Shown: positions 1-8,073 of the stretch, in pieces
How positions within the stretch are numbered: the first letter of the stretch is position 1
How the letters are laid out: each line of letters starts with the position of its first letter
Translations under genes and position numbers: made by a program
The notes under the pieces: generated by a model
The model's database searches: none
Seen by the model: only the letters and a program-made list of their open reading frames with translations
Told to the model about the DNA's origin: nothing
DNA from: Candidatus Bathyarchaeia archaeon
Lineage (GTDB): Archaea; Thermoproteota; Bathyarchaeia; TCS64
Reading direction: 5' to 3'
NCBI GenBank assembly: GCA_050014495.1
Contig: JBEKDF010000044.1
Coordinates: 1-19,982 of the forward strand
Length of the DNA stretch: 19,982 bases

Positions 1-1
1 G

Positions 2-1375
2 GGCTACGGCCAGTTCAGTGCACCGACCGGGGTGGCGGTCGACAACAACGGTGACATATACGTGGCTGACTGGGGTAACGACCGTGTCCAGAAGTTCACC
101 TTGGAGGGCGTCTTCCTCACGGCGTGGGGGAGCGCTGGTACTGGTCCCGGCCAGTTCAACGCTCTCTGGGGAGTAGCCATCGGTGGCAACGGCGATGTCT
201 ATGTGGCCGACACGGAGAACAACCGTATACAGGAGTTCACCTCGGACGGAGTATTCCTCACCGCATGGGGGGTCGAAGGCATGGATATAGGACAGTTCAG
301 AGGCCCATGCGGCGTCGCCGTTGCTGCCAACGGCGACGTTTATGTGGCTGACTCACTGAACGACCGTACCCAGGTTTTCACCCCGGAAGGAGTCTTCGTC
401 ACCATGTGGGGCAGCGGGGGCGCAGGGGATGGTCAGTTCAATGGCCTGTGTGGTGTCGCCGTCGATGGCGGAGACGTCTACGTGGCCGAGACGGGTAACA
501 GCCGTATACAGGAGTTTACCGCGAGCGGCATATTCCAGACAAAGTTGGGTGGCCAAGGTACGGGTAACGGCCAGTTCAACTGGCCTGAAGCGGTTGCCTT
601 CGGCGACAACGGTAACATCTACGTCGCGGACACGGAGAATAACCGGGTCCAGGTATTTATCTGGGATGGCTTGTTCCGAACGAAGTGGGGCGGCCTGGGC
701 ACTGGCGACGGCCAACTCAACGGTCCAAGGGGCCTAGCAGTCGACGGCAACGGCGATGTCTATGTGGCCGACACGGAGAACAACCGTATACAGGAGTTCA
801 CGTCGAGGGGTGTCTTGCTTGCCCAGTGGGGCGGTGCGGGCTCGGGGGAGGGCCAGTTCAGCGCGCCCAGGGGTATGGCCTTCGATAGGTTCGGCGATCT
901 ATACGTGGCAGATATGGGTAACGACCGCATCCAGAAGTTCACATCAAACGGCGTATTCCTCACTCAGTGGGGGAGTGGGGGCACAGGTCCCGGCCAGTTC
1001 AGTTGGCCTGAGGGGGTGGCCGTTGACGGTGTCGGGGACATATACGTGGCTGACACGTTGAATAACCGTGTCCAGGAGTTCACCTCGGAGGGCGTCTTCC
1101 TCAGGGGATGGGGTAGTCAGGGTAAAGGCAACGGGCAGTTCAATGCTCCGTGTGGAGTGGCCGTCGATGGCTTCGGGAACGTGTACGTGGCGGATACGGG
1201 GAATAACCGCATTCAGAAGTTTACCTCGGTTGGTGTTTTCCTCACGGTCTGGGGTGGCCTCGGCTCTGGTGATGGCCAGTTCAGCTCCCCATGGGGCGTG
1301 GCCGTCGACAGCAGAGGCAACGTCTACGTGGCTGACACGGGGAATAACCGCATCCAGAAGTTCGTAATCTCGTAG
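2..1375 (+). CDS. NHL-repeat beta-propeller protein, 5'-truncated by the window edge; 10 repeats of ~47 aa visible
   Basis: Frame is open from nt 2 (GYGQFSAPTGVAVD...) to TAG-TAA. It has ten copies of GQFxxPxGVAVDxxGxxYVADxxNxRxQxFTxxGxFxxxWG, the NHL consensus. The ORF-track start at 32 is internal. Confidence 0.95.
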   Translation, partial: GYGQFSAPTGVAVDNNGDIYVADWGNDRVQKFTLEGVFLTAWGSAGTGPGQFNALWGVAIGGNGDVYVADTENNRIQEFTSDGVFLTAWGVEGMDIGQFRGPCGVAVAANGDVYVADSLNDRTQVFTPEGVFVTMWGSGGAGDGQFNGLCGVAVDGGDVYVAETGNSRIQEFTASGIFQTKLGGQGTGNGQFNWPEAVAFGDNGNIYVADTENNRVQVFIWDGLFRTKWGGLGTGDGQLNGPRGLAVDGNGDVYVADTENNRIQEFTSRGVLLAQWGGAGSGEGQFSAPRGMAFDRFGDLYVADMGNDRIQKFTSNGVFLTQWGSGGTGPGQFSWPEGVAVDGVGDIYVADTLNNRVQEFTSEGVFLRGWGSQGKGNGQFNAPCGVAVDGFGNVYVADTGNNRIQKFTSVGVFLTVWGGLGSGDGQFSSPWGVAVDSRGNVYVADTGNNRIQKFVIS

Positions 1376-1429
1376 TAACGATCTTATATTGCCCCGCCAT
1401 CCCCTGGAGATGTCCCCCGTAAACCCCCT

Positions 1430-1435
1430 CTTTTT
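1430..1435 (+). terminator. Oligo-T tract, candidate archaeal terminator for the NHL gene
   Basis: CCCCCTC followed by T6, ~55 nt after the NHL stop, between convergent genes. Confidence 0.35.
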
Positions 1436-1511
1436 AATGTTTATCCAGCCAATTAGTCACAATTGGGATCAGAGTGAAATGAGGAAGGCTAAGTCTATAC
1501 AAACTAGGTGG

Positions 1512-2081
1512 TCACTTATCTGGGATGTATTTATCCAGAGTCTCAGGTAAGGAGTATGTGGGGTCGTGCTCCTTCATGACCCTCAGCATCTCGTTTGAGA
1601 GGAACTCGTAGTCCTTCAGATAGTCCTTACCCCAGTACCTCCTCCTAACCTCCTCGATAATTGGTTTATACTTAACCCACGAAAAGAGGAAACCATGTAG
1701 CCCCGCGTCGTAACAATCCTCTGCGCTGAGGACCCCGTTCCGGAGCATGCCACCAACGGCGTTCATGCTGAGCCACATCCCAAATCTCTTGGCTGCAGAT
1801 TCCGGGTTGTTCTCTGAGCCGTATTTCCTCTCGAAGTCTCCGTAGTCACTCCACTCGTACCTCAGGAGTTCCATAATATTCTTCATGAAGCCTTCGTCGA
1901 ATGTTCTCGTGATTATGCTATCAACTAGCCCTATCCGCCGGGTCTCGAGGTTCTGCTGCTATGCCTTTAGGGCGAGCTCCTGCGTCCTCATGTTTATCCT
2001 CAGTGTGAAGATGTAGTAGACCACTGCAACCGTCACGCTTACAGCGGTTACCAATATTCCAATCGTCTGTGCATCAACCAT
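1512..2081 (-). pseudogene. N-terminally membrane-anchored protein (DUF4760-like) interrupted by an in-frame TAG at codon 41
   Basis: ATG at 2081 is in frame with the 1512..1886 ORF: MVDAQTIGILVTAVSVTVAVVYYIFTLRINMRTQELALKA*QQNLETRRIGLVDSIITRTFDEGFMKNIMELLRYEWSDYGDFERKYG... It has a clear TM helix and a single TAG at 1961-1959. Family name is from recall of similar archaeal proteins. Confidence 0.8.
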
Positions 2082-2149
2082 AGAATCACTGATTAGAGTC
2101 AGGTGGAAGTGAGGATAAGGCTATTGAGAGGAACCCTGCTTTCCAGTCT

Positions 2150-2333
2150 CTATACACGCTCAAGCTTGAAAATAGCGGGCCTCAACCCATCCGGACAAGA
2201 TACAACCATGACTCCCTTATCCTCATAGAACTCGGAGTCACCGTGAGACCTCAGCTGTATAATCCATGGGTAAAGTACGTTCCAGGCATAGGAGCAGAAC
2301 TTATCAGGCATGTGAGGAGTCTTCTCCGCGCCA
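2150..2333 (-). pseudogene. 3' fragment of a TIGR04076-family protein (5' part missing)
   Basis: AEKTPHMPDKFCSYAWNVLYPWIIQLRSHGDSEFYEDKGVMVVSCPDGLRPAIFKLERV* fits the family pattern MPxxFCxxAWxxxxP...SCPDGxRPxxFKLER. Upstream of ~2333 the frame is simply antisense of the integrase fragment. Confidence 0.75.
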
Positions 2334-2340
2334 AATATGG

Positions 2341-2667
2341 CGCGCGCGACTGGCAACCCTCTACAATAATCCACGACTACTACAGATACACTTCCACACC
2401 TTCAGGCACTGGAAGGCAACCACCCTCTACCACCAGACCAAGGATCTTCTATACGTTCAGAGGTTCCTTGGCCACCGAAGCATCTCAAACACGATGCTCT
2501 ACATCCAGATCGAGGAAGCACTATTCGGAGGCGAATCGGATCAGTACGTCTGCAAGGTCGCTAGAACAATCGAAGAGGCGTTGCCCCTCCTCGAGCAGGG
2601 CTTCACCGAGGCGAGCGACTTCGAAGGTGTCAAGATCTACAGGAAGCCGAAGAACATGGTGCACTAA
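2341..2667 (+). pseudogene. C-terminal fragment of a tyrosine recombinase/integrase
   Basis: RARLATLYNNPRLLQIHFHTFRHWKATTLYHQTKDLLYVQRFLGHRSISNTMLYIQ contains HxxR, LGH and the catalytic Tyr. The N-terminal domain and the first catalytic Arg and Lys are absent. It ends ~30 nt from the tRNA-Ile 3' end. Confidence 0.85.
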
Positions 2668-2698
2668 GCTGCAATGGTGGTACCTAAGAGTGTAAAAG

Positions 2699-2773
2699 TG
2701 GGCCCGAAGAGATTCGAACTCTTGATCTTCTGATTATCAGTCAGACGCCTTAGCCTAACTAGGCCACGGGCCC
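2699..2773 (-). tRNA. tRNA-Ile(GAU), intronless, CCA not fully encoded
   Basis: Reverse complement GGGCCCGTGGCCTAGTTAGGCTAAGGCGTCTGACTGATAATCAGAAGATCAAGAGTTCGAATCTCTTCGGGCCCA: acceptor GGGCCCG/CGGGCCC, anticodon arm TCTGA-CTGATAA-TCAGA, T arm AAGAG-TTCGAAT-CTCTT, followed by C then TTTT. Confidence 0.97.
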
Positions 2774-2799
2774 GGCAACCTTTCTGGATGCATCGCCAT

Positions 2800-2813
2800 G
2801 TTAAATATTTAAC
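2800..2813. promoter_or_regulatory. Palindromic TATA element between divergent tRNA-Ile and MBL genes
   Basis: GTTAAATATTTAAC is a perfect 14-bp palindrome giving TTAAATA on both strands, about 30 nt from both the tRNA 5' end (2773) and ATG 2836. Confidence 0.65.
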
Positions 2814-2835
2814 TCTCCCCCATTTAGGGACCTAC

Positions 2836-3669
2836 ATGGAGTCACTCACCCTCCACTTCCTTGGGACCGGCGGGGGCCGCCATACTATGTGTACACAAAG
2901 AAGAAGGACCGCTGGTATAAGATTGGAGTATGGGAAAACCCATATACATGTTGATCCAGGCCCCGGTGCTCTCGTTCATAGTATTTATGCAGGGCTCAGC
3001 CCGATGCGCCTCGACGGCATTGTAGTCACTCACTGCCACCCCGACCACTACACGGATGCCGAGGTCCTCGTCGAAGCCATGACTGGGGGAACAACGAAAA
3101 AGCGAGGAGTACTTGCAGCGGCGAGGAGCGTCCTCAGAGGGAGTAGGGATCTAGATCAGAGTGTAAGTCGATATCACCAAAGCCTCGTGGGAAGGGTTGA
3201 GGAACTCGTTCCTGGCTCACGATTTGAGATCGGAAATATCAACTTTGAGGCACTCAGAGCGATACACGGGGATGGTGATGCCGTGTGCATCAAATTTGAC
3301 GTTCCAGGGATTGGGTCATTTGGCTATACGAGTGATACGGAGGTTTACCCTGGCCTGGGCGAGGCCCTTAAGGGATGTCATCTACTTGTCCTCGGCACAA
3401 TGTGGCCCAAAGGGAGTCCTTTAGTGGGTCACATGTGTACCGACGATGCTCTAAGGGTCATCGAGGAGGCGAGGCCCAGCTGTGCAGTCACCACACACTT
3501 CGGATTGAAGATCCTAAACAAGGACCCCGTTAAGGAGGCCTCTTGGCTAGAAGAGGAGTCGGGGGTCCCAGTTGTCGCGGCAGTTGACGGTATGACGGTT
3601 ACTATCAATGACTCAATCACTGTTACAGGCCCTAGGAAGGTGGATGAGCCTAGGATCATCAAAGTTTAG
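2836..3669 (+). CDS. MBL-fold metallo-hydrolase (RNase Z/PhnP-like phosphodiesterase group)
   Basis: FLGTGGG, VDPGPG, THCHPDH (HxHxDH), YTSDT and THFG motifs. ATG 2836 is preferred over 2788 because 2788 lies upstream of the TATA box. Confidence 0.9.
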   Translation: MESLTLHFLGTGGGRHTMCTQRRRTAGIRLEYGKTHIHVDPGPGALVHSIYAGLSPMRLDGIVVTHCHPDHYTDAEVLVEAMTGGTTKKRGVLAAARSVLRGSRDLDQSVSRYHQSLVGRVEELVPGSRFEIGNINFEALRAIHGDGDAVCIKFDVPGIGSFGYTSDTEVYPGLGEALKGCHLLVLGTMWPKGSPLVGHMCTDDALRVIEEARPSCAVTTHFGLKILNKDPVKEASWLEEESGVPVVAAVDGMTVTINDSITVTGPRKVDEPRIIKV

Positions 3670-3709
3670 GGGTAGGTTTATCCGGGTAACCGCTTAACCG
3701 TTCTGCACT

Positions 3710-4858
3710 TTGATCGTTGAGGATCGTAGGGGGCTGCTCAGGCTCTTCTATATCTCGGTGTTCCTAGTGGCCACAGCTATCGGGACACCTATGATGCTCG
3801 CCCCAGTCCAGGCGGAGGGGTTGGGTGCTACCCTCCTCGACATCGGTATCATGGGTACTGCCGCTGCAGTGGTGTATACTGCGATGACTCTGATTGCGGG
3901 GGCTCTTCTGGACAGGTTTGAGAAGGTGCGCCTCTTCCTCGTGTTCAACATCTTCACGGCGGCGTGCCTGGTCTACCTCGCTTTGGCCACGGACTTCAGG
4001 CAGGTCTTCATCGGCAGGGTCCTCCTCGGCTTCGCAGGAGGCGCTTTTTGGGCAGCTGCGGGTGCGTTGACTGCGGATATGGCTCCACCGGAGCTTCTCT
4101 CACATGCCATTGGGAGGTATAATCTCAGCTGGATACTTGGCTTCGTCCTCGGTCCCTTCCTTGGTGGATGGGTCGCTGATTCCTACGGGTACTCCTCACT
4201 CTGGTGGCTGCTCACTGTCGTGATGGCCACTGCACTCGTGGTGAATGGCCTCCTTGTGTCGAGGATCAGCCTCGAGTCTGAGTCGGGTGTGATCAAATTT
4301 GACTTCTCTGCGGTTTCCCAGCTCAGATGGGCGTACCTGACCATGATCCCTTATGCGCTTGGACTTGGAATATACTTCTATATTCTTCCTGGTTATATGG
4401 CGGAGAAGGGGCTCACTGCTACTGCGATAGGTTTCCTACTAGCTTCAGACAGCGCTGTTAAAGGGGTCGGTTTCTACTACTCTGAGAAGATCGTGGGCGT
4501 CGGTGTGAGGAGAGGGATGCTAGTTGCTACCGTTGCCCTAGCGGTCAGCCTCGCCGGAGTCGCCTACGCCTCAAGCTGGTTCGAATTCCTTTGGCCCCTT
4601 ATCCTCTTCGGTGCCGCGAACGGCGTCATAGAGCCCCTAATCCTCGACTTCATCGCACATGGTTCCCCCAGAGGTAGCTTAGGTGCCACAATGAGCTTTT
4701 ACGAGTTCATGTATGGTGCTTTTACATGTGTGAGTCCTATAGCGGTAGGGTACATCAGCCAGCTCTACCCGCTCTCAACAACTTACATCGGGCTTGGTCT
4801 CATCACATTACTTATCATTCCCTCATCCTCAAAGCTGAAGAACCGAAAAAAGGGTTAG
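3710..4858 (+). CDS. MFS transporter
   Basis: About 12 hydrophobic segments; motif-A-like GALLDRFEKVR; GRVLLGFAGG; LGPFLGGWVAD; TTG start. Confidence 0.9.
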   Translation: MIVEDRRGLLRLFYISVFLVATAIGTPMMLAPVQAEGLGATLLDIGIMGTAAAVVYTAMTLIAGALLDRFEKVRLFLVFNIFTAACLVYLALATDFRQVFIGRVLLGFAGGAFWAAAGALTADMAPPELLSHAIGRYNLSWILGFVLGPFLGGWVADSYGYSSLWWLLTVVMATALVVNGLLVSRISLESESGVIKFDFSAVSQLRWAYLTMIPYALGLGIYFYILPGYMAEKGLTATAIGFLLASDSAVKGVGFYYSEKIVGVGVRRGMLVATVALAVSLAGVAYASSWFEFLWPLILFGAANGVIEPLILDFIAHGSPRGSLGATMSFYEFMYGAFTCVSPIAVGYISQLYPLSTTYIGLGLITLLIIPSSSKLKNRKKG

Positions 4859-4910
4859 AGAAATACACCTACATGCTAAATAACTTCCAAACTCCTATTC
4901 CAAAGGACTG

Positions 4911-5333
4911 ATGAAAATGGTTAATGTACCTGTAGAAGCAAAAGCTGTTTTCGATAAGCAACGTGTGATTCCACTCGCAACCGTCGACAAGTCTGGGAAG
5001 CCAAACGTTGTCATGGTCGCCTTCTGGTGGTGGATAGACGATGAGAACATCGCTGTAGTCGAGAACTTCCTACAGAAGACGCATGAGAACCTCGCCGCCA
5101 CGAAATGGGGCTGCATGGTAGCCTATGATATGGCGATACACAAGAGCTACCAAATCAAATGCAAAGCAGAACTAGTTACCTCAGGACCCCTATTCGATGA
5201 GGGAAAAAAGAGGGTCGAGGAATACAGGAAGCAGGCCCCTGTGGAGCTCCCAGCCAGGGCTGTGTGGAAGCTCAAAGTGGAGGAACTATATTTCACCGCA
5301 CCCGGCCCAACTGCTGGGAAACGTCTCGCTTAG
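4911..5333 (+). CDS. Pyridoxamine 5'-phosphate oxidase-like FMN-binding split-barrel protein
   Basis: LATVDKSGKPNV, NFLQKTHENL, SYQIK, KVEELYFTAPGPTAGKRL. Start could be ATG 4917. Confidence 0.85.
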   Translation: MKMVNVPVEAKAVFDKQRVIPLATVDKSGKPNVVMVAFWWWIDDENIAVVENFLQKTHENLAATKWGCMVAYDMAIHKSYQIKCKAELVTSGPLFDEGKKRVEEYRKQAPVELPARAVWKLKVEELYFTAPGPTAGKRLA

Positions 5334-5534
5334 GCAATTTCTTCTAAATATTTTTATTAATCATCCGCTTCAGGTAGTTTGGATGATACGAGGGCTGTCA
5401 ATGGGGTATTGTTTTGTCCTCGCCCCAGATGGGGTTTGAAAACTCAGATATTCCAAATAGCACTCGGCTCCATGCGGACAAGGTTTTAAGGCTCCACCAC
5501 GTTTCTGAGCCTATTCAGCCGCGTCCGGAAGACG

Positions 5535-7973
5535 GTGAATTACATGAAACAGCTGCCTAACAAGATCGACTTCCTCCAGATGGAGGAGAAGTGGGAGAAG
5601 CTCTGGGAGGAATATGGTACATACAGATACGACTGGGATGATGACGTCCGCCCCAGGTACAGCATAGACACCCCTCCACCCTACCCAAGCGGGGACTTCC
5701 ACATGGGGAATGTCCTGAATTGGACCTACTTTGACATGAGGGCCCGCTACAAGAGGATGCGGGGCTTCAATGTTCACTTCCCCCAGGGATGGGACTGCCA
5801 CGGTATGCCCACTGAGGTCGCTGTGGAGAAGAACAAGAAGATCCGACGCAGCGATGTTCCCCCAGACGTCTTCCGGAAGATGTGCGAGGAGTGGGTCGAG
5901 CAGTACATAGGAAGAATGAAGGCGAGCATCGTCCGCCTCGGGACAAGCGTCGATTGGAAGTTAGAGTATCGCACAATGGACCCCGACTACATAAGGAAGG
6001 TACAGCTCAGTTTCCTTATCCTCTACGGGAAGGGCCTCATCTACAAAGGAGAGCACCCCATTAATTATTGCCCCAGGTGTGAGACCGCTATAGCCGATGC
6101 GGAGGTGGAGCGACTAAAGAGGACAGGCAAGATCTACAGCCTTGTCTTCGGTGTCCCAGGTGGGGAGCTAGTCATCGCGACTACCCGCCCAGAGTATGTG
6201 GCTGCCTGCGTTGCAATAGGGGTAAACCCTGACGACAAGAGATACAGCCACCTTATTGGCGAGGAGGCCATCACCCCACTCTACAACAAGAAAGTTCCGA
6301 TAATAGCGAAGGATGATGTCGACACGACGTTTGGCACTGGCGCTATGATGATCTGCACCTATGGGGACAAGACAGATGTCATCGATGTGGCCCGCTTCAA
6401 ACTTCCCGTGATAAACCTCCTCGATAAGAGGGGGCTCCTAAACGAGAACGCTGGTAAGTATACCGGTATGACCATTAATGAGGGTAGGAAAGCGATCGTT
6501 GAGGACCTGCGCTCCGCAGGCTTACTCCGAGAGGAAAAGCCCGTTGAACAAGAGGTGGGCACATGTTGGCGCTGCGATACCCCTATCGAAGTTGTGAATG
6601 CCAAGCAGTGGTTTATGCGCACCACTGCGTTCAGCGAACAGATAATAGAGCAGGCGAAGAAGATCACCTGGTACCCCGATTTCATGAGGTATAGGCTCAT
6701 AGACTGGACTAAGAGCCTCGACTGGGATTGGGTACTCAGTAGGCAACGTGTCTTCGCAACCCCGGTTCCAGTGTGGTACTGTAAGCAATGTGGCGAAATC
6801 CATCTAGCGGAGCCCGAAGAGTTACCAGTCGACACCAAGGTTACCCAGCCCCGTGACAAATGCAACAAGTGTGGTGGCTCCGAATTCACACCTGACTACG
6901 ACGTTATGGACACCTGGTTCGACAGCAGCATGACGTGCGCCATCCACGCTGGTTGGCCTGACAGACCTGACTGGCACAAGCTCTTCCCTGCTAGCTTACA
7001 TCCAAGTGGGCAGGACATAATCAGGACCTGGGCCTACTACCTGATGGTGCGCCACCTCGCCCTCTTCGGGGAGACCGCGTACAACTCCGTCCTCATCAAC
7101 GGGATGGTTCTAGGAGGCGATGGCAGGAAGATGAGTAAGAGCCTAGGCAACTTCGTCAATACCCCCGAGGTCTTTGGTAAATACGGGAGCGACGCTGCTC
7201 GGCAGTGGGCCGCTGCTGGTGGAGGCACTGGCACGGATATACCCTTCAGGTGGGAGGATGTCGAATACGGTCGGAGATTCCAGACAAAGCTCTGGAACGC
7301 CTGCAGGTTCAGCGCGATGAGGCTCGAGGACTACGACCCCACATTGAAGGCGGAGCCCGAACTCATGGATCGCTGGATACTCTCCAAGCTGGAGAAAACA
7401 GTTAAGGCTGCGACGGATGCGATGGAGAATTGCGAGTGGATGAACGCCATAGAGGCAGCTCGAAACTTCACTTGGCACGTCTTCTGCGACGACTATCTGG
7501 AGGCTGCGAAGTATAGGCTATATGGGGAGGGTGCCCCGAAGCTCGCGGCGCAGCGAACACTATACTACACCATTAAGAGGATGCTACAGCTCCTAGCCCC
7601 AGTCATCCCACACCTCACGGATGAGGTCTACAACACAATGTACGCGGAGGAGCCGAGAGACAGCATCCACACGAGCATATGGCCAGAGCATGACCCATCC
7701 CTCATTGACTTGGAGGCTGAGCGTGCGGGAGACGTCGTCGCTGCCATAATGGGAGAGGTAAGAAAGCAGAAGAATAAGGTAGGCGTCCCCCTGAACAAGC
7801 CAGTGAAGAGGCTCGCTCTCCATTCATCAGATGAGAGAACCATAGCCGATGCCCGCCTAGGGGAGAAGGACATACGTGAGACTTTGAAGGTCGAGGAGAT
7901 AACCTATGCCTCAGGCTCTGGGGAGGCGGAAGTCGAGGGACACGTTGGGCTCAGCCTCACCCTCACAATTTAG
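5535..7973 (+). CDS. valS: Valine--tRNA ligase (archaeal type)
   Basis: DTPPPYPSGDFHMGN (HIGH variant), GWDCHG, ATTRPE editing domain, DWVLSRQR, DTWFDS, GQDIIRTW, KMSKS. Start is GTG 5535 or ATG 5544. Confidence 0.97.
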   Translation: MNYMKQLPNKIDFLQMEEKWEKLWEEYGTYRYDWDDDVRPRYSIDTPPPYPSGDFHMGNVLNWTYFDMRARYKRMRGFNVHFPQGWDCHGMPTEVAVEKNKKIRRSDVPPDVFRKMCEEWVEQYIGRMKASIVRLGTSVDWKLEYRTMDPDYIRKVQLSFLILYGKGLIYKGEHPINYCPRCETAIADAEVERLKRTGKIYSLVFGVPGGELVIATTRPEYVAACVAIGVNPDDKRYSHLIGEEAITPLYNKKVPIIAKDDVDTTFGTGAMMICTYGDKTDVIDVARFKLPVINLLDKRGLLNENAGKYTGMTINEGRKAIVEDLRSAGLLREEKPVEQEVGTCWRCDTPIEVVNAKQWFMRTTAFSEQIIEQAKKITWYPDFMRYRLIDWTKSLDWDWVLSRQRVFATPVPVWYCKQCGEIHLAEPEELPVDTKVTQPRDKCNKCGGSEFTPDYDVMDTWFDSSMTCAIHAGWPDRPDWHKLFPASLHPSGQDIIRTWAYYLMVRHLALFGETAYNSVLINGMVLGGDGRKMSKSLGNFVNTPEVFGKYGSDAARQWAAAGGGTGTDIPFRWEDVEYGRRFQTKLWNACRFSAMRLEDYDPTLKAEPELMDRWILSKLEKTVKAATDAMENCEWMNAIEAARNFTWHVFCDDYLEAAKYRLYGEGAPKLAAQRTLYYTIKRMLQLLAPVIPHLTDEVYNTMYAEEPRDSIHTSIWPEHDPSLIDLEAERAGDVVAAIMGEVRKQKNKVGVPLNKPVKRLALHSSDERTIADARLGEKDIRETLKVEEITYASGSGEAEVEGHVGLSLTLTI

Positions 7974-7996
7974 TCCTATTTAACTCCTTTAACCCT

Positions 7997-8062
7997 GTTC
8001 TAAACTTTAGAACTAGTGTACTAAACTGTGGGATTATACTAAACACATGCATTGTAGTACAC
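7997..8062. promoter_or_regulatory. Operator-like cluster of inverted and direct repeats around the promoter of the 8074 gene
   Basis: GTTCTAAA-C-TTTAGAAC (7997-8013); GTGTACTA (8016-8023)/TAGTACAC (8055-8062); CTAAAC at 8000, 8021 and 8039; TATA-like TTATAC at 8034-8039. Confidence 0.55.
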
Positions 8063-8073
8063 AGTGAAATGAC

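Larger units (their letters stand above)
1..2698. mobile_element. Decayed integrated element/genomic island at the 3' end of tRNA-Ile
   Basis: Integrase fragment abuts the tRNA 3' end, next to two further broken genes. No second att seen, and inclusion of the NHL gene is uncertain. Confidence 0.5.

Noticed and set aside
1..1375. 141-nt periodicity as a CRISPR array or DGR template/variable repeat
   Set aside because: The repeats are in-frame NHL coding units with no unique spacers, no adenine-specific mismatch pattern and no reverse transcriptase in the window
1959..1961. Genome-wide UAG reassignment
   Set aside because: Conserved genes such as valS and prf1 end in TAG at their expected C-termini, and aRF1 has canonical NIKS, YxCxxxF and GGQ motifs
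2243..2695. 150-aa plus-strand ORF, and the 2266 start for the integrase fragment
   Set aside because: The 150-aa ORF is an off-frame, Ser/Arg/Thr-rich shadow of the integrase fragment. The sequence before ~2341 is antisense of the TIGR04076-like fragment.
5334..5534. T-box or C/D box sRNA upstream of valS
   Set aside because: No T-box consensus (a bacterial element), and no properly spaced RUGAUGA/CUGA pair
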